Shown here: positions 1-10,300 of the stretch, one piece after another
Layout: every line of letters starts with the position of its first letter
Position numbering within the stretch: the first letter of the stretch is position 1
Source of the DNA: Acidobacteriota bacterium
Lineage (GTDB): Bacteria; Acidobacteriota; UBA6911; RPQK01; JAJDTT01
Direction: 5' to 3'
NCBI GenBank assembly: GCA_965263035.1
Contig: OZ253580.1
Span: 5,408,001-5,472,000 of the forward strand
Length of the DNA: 64,000 nucleotides
Program-made: the position numbers and the translations under genes
Notes under the pieces: model-generated
The model's input: the letters and a program-made list of their open reading frames with translations, nothing else
Databases searched by the model: none
What the model was told of the DNA's origin: nothing

Positions 1-2
1 AA

Positions 3-2150
3 TTGGAGCAACTTTCGGATGCGGTCGACAGGCTCTGGACGCTTCACACCCGTCAACTCGTCCGGGACCACCGCGATACCGAAGATCCCCTGCCGGTGTG
101 GGGTCACCCCGACCCTGTACGGGCGGGAAGCTCGAACGAATGGAAGGACCGAATTCGTCACCAAGGCATCTTCGCCGAAAGCACGGCCAGCCCCTACCGG
201 CGCCTGAAGTTGGTGATGGACTACTGGTGCGCGCTGTGGTTTTGGCCGGTGTCGCGGGCAGCCGACCTCCCGTCGCGGGACGAATTCCTTACCGAGATCT
301 CGCTGGTGCTCACCGGGGATGTGCGGCCTCCGGGGCGGCAGCCGTCGCAGAGCGACCTGTTCGGTGAGGAGTACGCTGAGCACGCGGGCGACATGGCGGC
401 AGAGATCTTGGACGAGGTAGGGATGCTGGACTTGGACCAGCTCTTCAAGGTGTTTCCGCGCCTGAAGCTAGTTAACGAACTTGCCAGTCGGCACCGGTTC
501 CACCACTGGGAGTTGGTGTTTGCAGACGTGTTCTACGGGCACCGCGCGAATGGTGAGGTGCGGGGGGGCTTCGATCTGGTGGTGGGGAATCCGCCATGGG
601 TGAAGGTGGAGTGGGAGGAGAAAGCTGTCTTGGGCGAGTTCGATCCGTTGGTTGCAGTGCAGACGATCCGACCTCGGGACGCTACCCGTAGGGTGGAGGC
701 TGCCGTCGCGGCGGACGCAGCGGTAGGTGCTGCGTGGTTCGCGGAGATGGAAGCCACGGCAGGGACCCAGACCTTCCTGAACGCTACTCAGAACTACCCG
801 CTCTTGTCGGGCCAGAAAGTCAACCTCTACAAGTGCTTTCTGCCGATGGCATGGAAGATGGCCAGCCAGAGTGGAGTGGTGGGCCTGCTGCATCCGGAAG
901 GTCCGTATGACGACCCTAAAGCGGCGATCCTTCGGGCAGCCATGTATCCGAGACTGCGAGGCCACTTCCAGTTCATCAATGAACGCAAGCTGTTCCCGGA
1001 GGTCGATCACCACACCAAGTTCAGCATCAACATCTATGGAGATGGAGTCAGAGCCGACGAGAAAGGGCGTTCCCCCGACTCGGTAGCGTTTACACACATC
1101 GCTAATCTCTTCGCGCCGGCCACAGTGGACGTTTGTCTGGAGCATGATGGAAGTGGCCTAGTCCCCGGAGTAAAGGATGGCCACGGCGATTGGAACGTCG
1201 CCGGGCATTTGCAGCGGATGATCCCCGTTTCTTTGGACGAGCTCGGGTTGTTTGCCGCGTTGTATGATGAGCCGGACACGCCACCGCTCGAAGCTCGCCT
1301 GCCGGCGCTGCACACCCGGCGCCTTGTGGCCGCTCTGGACAGATTGGCAGCTCAGGGAATGTCCTTGGGGGACGTACGTAACGACATCAAGATCACACCC
1401 GGATGGAATGAGACGATTGCCCAGCGCGACGGCACGATCCGCCGCGACACCGCTTTCCCAGAAGACCCGGACGAGGTCATTTTCTCGGGACCGCACTATT
1501 TCTGCGGCAATCCGCTGTATAAGACTCCCCGACGCTCGTGCACGAAGAACAGCGACTATGACGTTCTCGATCTTGGCGAACTGCCAGACGACTATCTGCC
1601 GAGGACAAATTATGCAAGAGCCTGCGACCGCGGAACCTACGAATCGCGGACGGACGAGGTGGTGTGGGTTGAGCGAGGGAAGGCAAACGCACGCAGAGTT
1701 ACTGACTACTACCGAGTGATCAATCGGGAGATGGTCGGGTCGGGCTCTGAGCGGACATTGAGTACGGCGGTTGTTCCGAAGGGTGCCGGACACATTCATA
1801 CAAACCTGTCCACGGCATTCCGCGACACCGCTCTTTGCTGCGACTTTGCTGCGCTCACGATGTCGATCGCCTTGGACTTTTTCGTCAAGACAACAGGCAC
1901 CGGTCATGTCAACCTGTCCTACTTGCACCGCTTCCCCCTCCTCCCGCCCAACTGCCACCCAGACCTCAACTCCGCCATCCGCCTTCGGGCCCTCATTCTC
2001 AACTGCCTCACCAGTCACTACGCCGATCTCTGGGAGGAGCTTTTCGTCCCCAAGTTCCGCCGAGACTCCTGGGCCAAACCAGATCCACTCCTTCCCGCTT
2101 CGTTCTTCGCAGACCTCACCCCGTTCTGGTCTCGCCACGTGGCACTGTGA
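3..2150 (+). pseudogene. Large N6-adenine DNA methyltransferase (Eco57I/PglX/DrmMI-like), 5' part; starts upstream of the window, truncated by IS3
   Basis: FHHWELVFADVF..GGFDLVVGNPPW (motif IV NPPW), NLYKCFL, FINERKLF, then a TRD-like region. The stop TGA (2148-2150) is the first 3 nt of the IS3 terminal repeat. Confidence 0.9.
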
Positions 2151-3930
2151 AGGTGTCCCGTTTTCGTGGACGGTTTATTAGTGCGGTTTACGTTGGTCTA
2201 GGTTGTAATACTCCTTCTGTCGTTGGGGAGCAAGACTTCCTCCCGCTGAATGTCAATGGCCATAGAAAATGTCAGGGTTTTGACCATTGACAGAGCGTTC
2301 TTTCTTCTGTGGGGGGACTGATGGAGGCGTCAGCAAAAGGGCTCACGTTGTGGGAAATCTCTGATTTTCCACAATGGGATACCGCGTAACGAGGGGGCCT
2401 CGGCGCTTTCTTTCCAGGGATTTAAGAGTGGTGTGTATCTCTTTGCATCCGGGGGTCTCAGGGGGGCAGCGCCCCCCTGCCCTCTTCAATCGTGTCGCGC
2501 GCGACGCTTGGTGCGACGGTGATGGTGCTGGCTTCGTGGTCGAGCAGCGCGAAAACGAACCGGTTCGTGAGGCGGCGTCAGTCCTTCTGAGCCTCCCGGC
2601 CCGCAGGACCGGCATTGGAGGCAGGAAAGACGACCCCAGCAGGTCATCACTGCACTCGGCGAGAGCACGAATCGAGGATCTCGTCGTCCGGATCGAGTTT
2701 CGACGACGCCGTGGGTCCTACGCTGCCTGCTGCTCGTAGCGGACCGGCGACTCGTAGCCCAGCGCCGAGTGTCGGCGGCGCCGGTTGTAGAATCCCTCAA
2801 TGAAGTCGAAGACGGTCCGCCTCGCCTGATTCGGATTCCGGAACTGGTGACGGTCCAGCAACTCGCATTCCAGCGTCGCGAAGAAGCTCTCGCACATCGC
2901 GTTGTCGTAAGCGTCCCCCACCGAGCCCATCGACGGCCGCACCCCGGCCTCCCGGCATCTCTTCCCGAAGGCCGTCGAGGTGTATTGTGCCCCCTGGTCC
3001 GAGTGGTGGATCACCTGCTTCGGCTGTCGCCGTATCACCGCCATGGCGAGCGCATTCTCGACCAGTTCGGACCGCAGATGGGTCTCCATTGCCCAGCCCA
3101 CGACCATTCGGCTCCAGGCGTCCAGGACCACGGCCACATACAACCAGCCCGCCTGCGTGCGAACATACGTCAGGTCCGCCACCCAGAGCTGATCCGGTCC
3201 CTCAGCCGCGAAGTTCCGGTTCACCAGGTCCGGTGCGGGACGCGCCTTCCGGTCCCTCCGGGTGAGCCCGGCCTTCCGGTGCCTCCGGCTCACCCCCTGA
3301 ATTCCCGCTTCCCGCATCAATCGGCCCACACGCTTCGGGCTCGTCCGTTCCCCTCGAGCTCTCAGTTCGGCATGCAGACGAGGCCGACCGTAAACTCTCC
3401 GGTTCTCGTTCCAGATCTGCACGATCTTTTCCCGAAGCGCCTGGTCCTGGCGAGCCCGGTTCGAGGGCAGACGTTTCAACCAGGCGTAGTACCCACTGGG
3501 GGAGAGACCCAACACGCGGCACATCACCCGAATCGGAAACTGGGCCCGGTGCGCCTTTACGCGCCTCGAATCCTTTCCGGGGATCGAGTCGCTCTCCCGG
3601 GCGAACCAAGCCGCGGCTTTTTTTAGGATGTCCCGCTCCATCCGCAGGCGCTTGATCTCCCGCCTCGCCTGACGCAACTCCTGGCGCTCGAACTTCGTCA
3701 ACCCGTCGCTCCGGTGCCCCTCGTCCAGATCGGCCTGCTTGACCCACTTCCGGATCGCCGAAGCCGAGGGCTCGAACTCCCGCGCCAGTGCCTCCGGCGA
3801 TCGCCCCGAGCGCACCAGCCCTACGATCTCCCGCCGGAACTCCGGCGGATACCGTCTCTGCTTTCTTGCCATCGTGGATCCCTCCTTACTCCCCTACTTT
3901 GGATGTGTCCACGAAAGCGGGTCAACTCCA
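2148..3930 (-). mobile_element. IS3-family insertion sequence, 1783 bp, CTG target-site duplication
   Basis: TG...CA ends with imperfect IRs: TGAAGGTGTCCCGTTTTCGTGGACG at 2148 and TGGAGTTGACCCGCTTTCGTGGACA (reverse complement, from 3930). CTG is repeated at 2145-2147 and 3931-3933. IS3 transposase inside. Confidence 0.95.
2718..3872 (-). CDS. IS3-family transposase, OrfA and OrfB in one frame (384 aa)
   Basis: HTH/leucine-zipper OrfA (RRYPPEFRREIV...ILKKAAAWFA) and rve DDE core (WVADLTY, HHSDQGAQY, DNAMCESFF). Confidence 0.95.
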   Translation of the reverse strand: MARKQRRYPPEFRREIVGLVRSGRSPEALAREFEPSASAIRKWVKQADLDEGHRSDGLTKFERQELRQARREIKRLRMERDILKKAAAWFARESDSIPGKDSRRVKAHRAQFPIRVMCRVLGLSPSGYYAWLKRLPSNRARQDQALREKIVQIWNENRRVYGRPRLHAELRARGERTSPKRVGRLMREAGIQGVSRRHRKAGLTRRDRKARPAPDLVNRNFAAEGPDQLWVADLTYVRTQAGWLYVAVVLDAWSRMVVGWAMETHLRSELVENALAMAVIRRQPKQVIHHSDQGAQYTSTAFGKRCREAGVRPSMGSVGDAYDNAMCESFFATLECELLDRHQFRNPNQARRTVFDFIEGFYNRRRRHSALGYESPVRYEQQAA

Positions 3931-4398
3931 CTGCGCACCGATTACGCCCGCCGCCAAACCCTCGTCGAAATCGACGTACTCACCGCCATGGCCTTCGGTC
4001 TCACCCTAGACGAGCTGTGCACCATCTACCGCGTCCAGTTCCCCATCCTGAAGCAATACGAGCGAGATACTTGGTATGACCGCAACGGCCGCATCGTCTT
4101 CACCGTCTCCAGAGGTTTAGTCGGGGTCGGCCTCCCACGAAAGAAGCGGAAGGACGACATCTGCTACGGCATCCGCACGGACCGACGCCACGAGTACGGC
4201 ATCGCCTTAGGCTGGGAAGATATCCGCGACTTGAAGCACGGCGTCGTCACCCGCGCGATCATGGACGACACCCTCCCCGGCGGCCCTTTCGAGCGCACCA
4301 TCGAGTACCTCGCACCCTTCGACCGCTGTGACCGGGAAGAGGACTACCGCACAGCGTGGGCCGCCTTCGAAAAGCGGCTGAGGCACGTGCCCAAATGA
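3931..4398 (+). pseudogene. C-terminal ~155 aa of the interrupted DNA methyltransferase
   Basis: Removing the IS and one CTG gives ..[41 protein letters not shown].. in frame. The stop overlaps the helicase start (ATGA 4395-4398). Confidence 0.9.
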
Positions 4399-7300
4399 TT
4401 CCTAGTGTCGTCGCCGCCGAAGCCGCCCACGCGCTACGCGACTTCCTCGTAACCGGGTTCACCCCGTCAAACCCGGAGTTGGCGAGCGTCATCGACGACT
4501 TTCTGGCCGAACCCGCGAATCTGACCCGCGGTCCGTACCTGTCGTTGGCGTTGCCCTTCCGCAAAGCTCCTGGTGACGAGCCGTTTCCACAGGTGCCGCT
4601 GGAGTTTCCCCCCTACCACCACCAGCGCGTCGCCATGGATCGCCTGGCGAGTGCTTCGGGGAAGTCCACGGTAGTCGCCACCGGCACCGGCTCGGGCAAG
4701 ACCGAGTGCTACATGCTGCCCATTCTCGATCATTGCCGCGAACAGGCAGGTAAGCCCGGAATCAAGGCGATCATCATCTACCCAATGAATGCGCTTGCGA
4801 TGGACCAGGCGACTCGGATCGCGCGCGCTATCCACCGCAACTCCGCTCTGCACCGCAGGATTACGGCAGGGATGTACGTGGGCGGGCGCGAGGAGACGCC
4901 TCGCAAGAGGATGGCGGCCGAGCACATCATCACGGATCGCGAAACCTTGCGGCGGAACCCGCCGGACATCCTGCTGACGAACTACAAGATGCTCGATTAC
5001 CTGATGATCCGGCCCGGTGACCAGCGGCTCTGGCGGCACAACGAGCCGGGGACGCTCCGGTACCTAGTGGTGGACGAACTGCACACCTATGATGGTGCCC
5101 AGGGGACGGACCTTGCATGTCTGATCCGCCGGCTGCGGGCGCGGCTCCAAGTTCCGTCGGATGGGTTGGTGTGCGTAGGCACGTCGGCGACGATCGGGAC
5201 GGGCGACGATGCCCCGGTGCGTGACTACACGTCTCGCGTCTTCAACCAGGAATTCGAGCCGGGCTCGGTAGTGGGCGAGACTCGGCAGGCGGACGAGGAG
5301 TTCCTGAGCGGAGCGCTCATCACGGGCTACTTGCTCCCAACGGACGGGCTGGCGGAGATCCTGGATCCGCGTCGGCATGCCACGAGTGCATCGTATTCGC
5401 GCGCAGCCCACGAGGCATTCATCAACGAGCCGCCCGCGGGGGATCCGGATGCGGACGACTGGAAGGTTGCGCTCTCGGATCGGCTGCGCGAGCACACGGC
5501 ATTCCGGAATCTTCTACAGGTATTGAGCGGGGAACCGAAGCCGCTTCCTGAGGTAGCGGCGACGCTACGCCGGACTTTGCCTGTCGAGAGCGACGAAGAG
5601 GCCGCGGCGGTGCTCAACGCGCTTTGTGCGCTGATCTCGGCTGCACGCCTGCGCGACGATAACGGAGACCTTCGGCCCTTCTTGGATGTGGGAGTTCACC
5701 TCTGGGTGCGGGAGTTGGGGCGCATGGTGTGCAGCGTATCGGAGGGGGGCGTAAGCGAGTCGGCCGCGGCGGGTCCCGTCCGGCGGCTGCGCCATTCGGA
5801 CGAGCTGCAGGCCCCCAGCGCGGACGATCGAAGCACCGCCCGGTCCGTCCACCTTCCGCTCATTCAGTGCCGCGAGTGCCGCGTGACCGGCTGGGCGGCG
5901 GTGAAGCGAGCAAATGAGCCCTGTGTCGAACCAGACCTGCGCGTGTTCTACAACATGTTCTTCCGGCGGGATGTGGACGTGCGGTTTCTGTTCCCGGGGG
6001 ACAAGCCGACAATACGGTCGGCCCAGCACATGCTATGTGGGCGATGTGGGGGGTTGAGTATGGATGGGAAGGAAAGCGGTGCGGGCGACGCCCCCGCGTG
6101 CGTCAGGTGCGGATCAAGCCGGGTAGTCTGGCTGCATGTGCCGGACGCGGTGAAGACCCGCCGCCGCAATGGGAGGGAGGTCGCTGAACTGAGCCGGGAC
6201 TGTCCTTACTGCCGTGCAAGTGAGGGGCTGATCATCTTCGGCGCCCGTGCCGCCAGCCTTATCAGCGTGCTGTGCAGCCAGACGTTCGCTTCACACCACA
6301 ACGACGATCCCAAGGCGCTGGTCTTCTCCGACAACGTTCAGAATGCCGCGCACCGTGCCGGGTTCGTGGCGGCGCGTAGCCGACAGACGCACACTCGTGC
6401 GGCAATCACCCATGCGGCCGCTGCCCACGACGGGATCTCCCTCAAGCGTCTACCCGGGGTGGTGGCCCAACACTGGCGGGAACGGGCGGTCGAACCCGAG
6501 GATTTCGTTGGCGAGCACATCGCCGACGATTGTCGCTGGATGCGGGATGTCGCGCATCTTGAGCGCGAGGGGAATCTCCCGTCGGGCTCCAATCTTGCCA
6601 AACTGGTGGGTCGGCGCATGGAGTGGGAAACTCTTCGCGAATTCACCTTCGGGTCTGGTATCGGCCGGACGCTGGAGCGGACCGGCGCGGCAGCCGTCGC
6701 ACTCGATCGCGAGCGTGTGCAAAAGGCGTATCGGACGGCCCACACCCGCATCCGGGAAGAAGTGGGCGGCCTCCGCGACATGGGCGAGGACGCCGTGCGT
6801 GCACTGGTTCTGGGTGTGCTACGGCACATGAAGGACCGGGGGGCCGTGAAGCATGCGCTGATGAAGGCGTATCTGGATGGCGGCGGCAATCCCTGGGTCT
6901 GGCACCGCGATCCGGCTTTGCCGCGATTTGGCCTGCGCTCGCTGATTCCCGTTTTTCCAGTCTGCCCCGACACCTCCGGATCGCGTTCGTTCACCCGGTC
7001 CCGCTCTCGTTCCCACGAAGGCGTGGAAGAGGTCGCCGGCGCGGGTGGGCGGCGATCCTGGTATCGGGGCTGGTGCGAGTCGGTGCTGGCAGGCGAGAGC
7101 GCACTGGGCCCGGCAGAGTCTGGTCATGTTCTCCGGCTGGTGTTCGCTGCACTCCAGCACTCGGGACTGGTCAACAAGGTTGCGGCAAAATCCCAATGGG
7201 TGTGGGCCTTGGAGCCCGGACGCCTCTCAGTCACCACTGACGCCACCTTCCTCCAATTGGACGGACCGGGACGCCCTCTTTCCGTCGCTGCCGCCGACGC

Positions 7301-10300
7301 GGATCTGTGGGCGGGTGTTCCCCGCCTCGATGCCCCTGTGACTTCCAGCCGCTATCGCCGCCCGGACCACTCTGGTTCACGCTACTCGGACTCGCCTACC
7401 TGGTTTGGCCGGTTGTATCGGGACGGACAGGTCCGCCGCATCGTCGCCGCCGAACACACAGCCCTGGTGGAACGCGAGGATCGGGAGCGTCTTCAGCGGA
7501 TTTTCGCGAAGCCGAACAGGGTGCGTCGGCCCTGGGAGCCCAATCTGGTGTCAGCCACTCCCACTCTGGAACTGGGAATTGACATCGGCGATCTGTCCAC
7601 CGTGACCCTTTGCTCTGTTCCACCACGTACAGCCAGCTACCGCCAGCGGGCGGGGCGGGCGGGGCGCCGAGATGGAAATGCCCTGATCCTCACCGTCGCC
7701 AACGCCGAGCCTCACGACCTCTATTTCTACGCCGATCCTCTGGAAATGCTGGCTGGCGGCATCGAGCCGCCGGGCATTTTCCTCGACGCAGTGGCAGTCC
7801 TGGAGCGGCAGATGACCGCGTACTGTTTCGACAACTGGGTGGCGTCCGGGGTTCCCGAAGACGCGGTGCCGCAGAAGATCGGCACGGTGTTGACGAACGT
7901 GGAGAAAGAGCGCCACGAAGGATTCCCGTACCCGTTCTTCGCCTTCGTTCGCAATGAGGAGGAACGGCTGATCAAAGGGTTTCTCGATGCCTTTTCCGAG
8001 GACTTGGCACAATCGTCGCGCGCCGAGTTGCGCAGCTTTGTGCGCGGCGATGTAGACAGGAAGAAGCCGTCGCTCATACTCAAGATCCTCGACCGACTGA
8101 ACGAGGTGATCAAGGAGCGGAGTTCGGTGGCCGCCGACATACGGTCGCTCGGGGAGCGCATTCGCAAGCTGAAGGCCCAACCGGAGGACGAGGCCACCCG
8201 GAACGAAATCGACGAACTCGAGAATGTCCGCAAGGGGCTCCGCGCGGTGCACGGAAAGATCAATGGCCGCGACACATTCAACTTCCTGACCGACGAGGGG
8301 CTGGTGCCCAACTACGCGTTCCCGGAGGCGGGCGTCAAGCTCCGTTCGGTCATACTGGAGCGAAAGGCAGATCGGGGCGAGAAAGGCGGTACAGGGACAC
8401 GGGCCATCACCCACGAATACGAGCGGCCTGCTGCGATGGCGCTGGGAGAATTCGCGCCGGAGAACCGCTTCTATGCACGCGCGCACCAAGTTGAGATCAG
8501 CCGCGTGGACACACGCGTCTCCGAACTGGAACGTTGGCGAATGTGCCCGTCCTGCGTCTACGCCGAGAATGTGGATGCCGGGGACCACCACACAGCCTGT
8601 CCCCGTTGCGGCAATGTGCAGTGGCAGGACAGCGGACAGTTGCGCGACCTGCTCAAACTCCGGCTGGTACACGCGGTAGCGGACGCTCGCACCAGCCGCA
8701 TCGACGACCAGAAGGACGACCGCGAGCACCTCTTCTACACTCGGAACCTGATCGCGGACTTCGATCCCGCCGATGTCCAGCACGCCTACGCGATCCGCAA
8801 TGCCGACGCCGCGTTCGGGTTCGAGCACATCGCGTCGGCCACATTCCGTGAAGTCAACTTCGGGCGAATGGGCCAGCCCACACAGTCGGTCAGGGTGGCG
8901 GGGATGCAGCTTCCCCGCGAGGGATTCCGCATTTGCCGACGGTGCGGCATGGTCAACCCGGGCCCGGGCTCGGAGCCAAAACACATGCCCACGTGTCCGG
9001 CGCGGCGGGCAGGGCGAGATGCGATCGTCGACTGTCTGTACCTGTATCGCGAGTTCCAATCGGAAGCGATCCGCATGTTGCTGCCCGCGACGGTCGGGCC
9101 CGACGCGGAGCGCTGCGAGCGTTCGTTTGTGGCGGCCCTGGAGCTTGGGCTCCGTCGACGGTTCGGCGGAGAGATCGCGCATCTGCGTGCCATGACCTGT
9201 GCGTACCCTGTCGAGGGGTCGGACCAGCCGCAAAAGTATGTGCTGCTTTACGACACCGTTCCGGGAGGCACGGGTTACCTGAAAGACCGGATGACGGCGC
9301 CGGAGAGGCTGCTTTCGGTATTTGAGGCGGCGCTGGCAGCGATTGAGGAATGCCCGTGCAACCAGGATCCGGAAAGGGACGGTTGCCACCGCTGCGTTCT
9401 GGGGCATCGGCGCAGCCGAGACATGCAGGACACCTCACGCGAGACAGCCCGTCAGCTACTGCGGAACATCTTGGATGCCCGTGACCATCTCGAGCAGGTG
9501 GAAGGGTTGCGCAAGGTACGGGTCGTGGTGCAAACAGACAGCATTCTGGAGGATCGCTTCATCGAGGCGCTGCGCCGGGTGGCGGTTGCGGACGGCCGAC
9601 AGCCTTCGCTCCGCTATGACCTGGTCGACGGAAAGCCGGGATACGTACTTGGCGTCGGCAGCGGTGACGCGGGTGGGCAAGTTTGGTACGTCGTGCCACA
9701 GGTGGACGTTGGGCTCGCCGATGGCGTCTTGCACCCCAGCCGTCCCGACTTTCTGATCCGCCCTGCCAAGGCTTCAGCCGTGCACCCGCCCGTAGCGGTG
9801 TTCATGGATGGGTTCGAGTACCACCGGGATCGCGTCGATGACGATTCCGTCAAGCGAATGGCGCTGGTCCGGGCCGGATTCGTGGTGTGGTCGGCAACCT
9901 GGGATGATGTGAAGGTGGTATTGGGCGAAGCGAAGCCGCCGGACGATATGATTCCGGGTAGAGATCCACAGCCGCCGATGGACCAGGTACAAAGGGGGCT
10001 GGAAGCCCAATGGCAGATCTCGGAACTGCGCTCGGCGCTGGGCGAACCGTCCCTCAAACTGCTCGGCCGGTATCTCGCTGAGCCGAATCCCGAATTGTGG
10101 AGGCGGGCCGTGTTCACGCAATTGGTGGGCGAGTTTGACCAGGCGACCATGACATCCGCCGACTTCGCGCAACGGTTTGCGGCAGGGGCCAAAGCAATAC
10201 TTCCAGAAGGCGCAACGGACTTCCTGCACTACAACCCATCAGATGCCCCTGCCCACGAAGCGCACGTGTTTGCGGGCCGCGAAAAATGGCGCGCATCGGG

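Noticed and set aside
3739-3930. N-terminal part of ORF 3739-4398 as a real gene start
   Set aside because: It lies within the IS3, antisense to the transposase; only 3931-4398 is methyltransferase sequence.
7551-9407. 618-aa minus-strand ORF (also 22255-24024, 28758-30104, 36172-37545, 40809-42401 and similar)
   Set aside because: Antisense shadows of well-supported genes in high-GC DNA, with no recognisable motifs.
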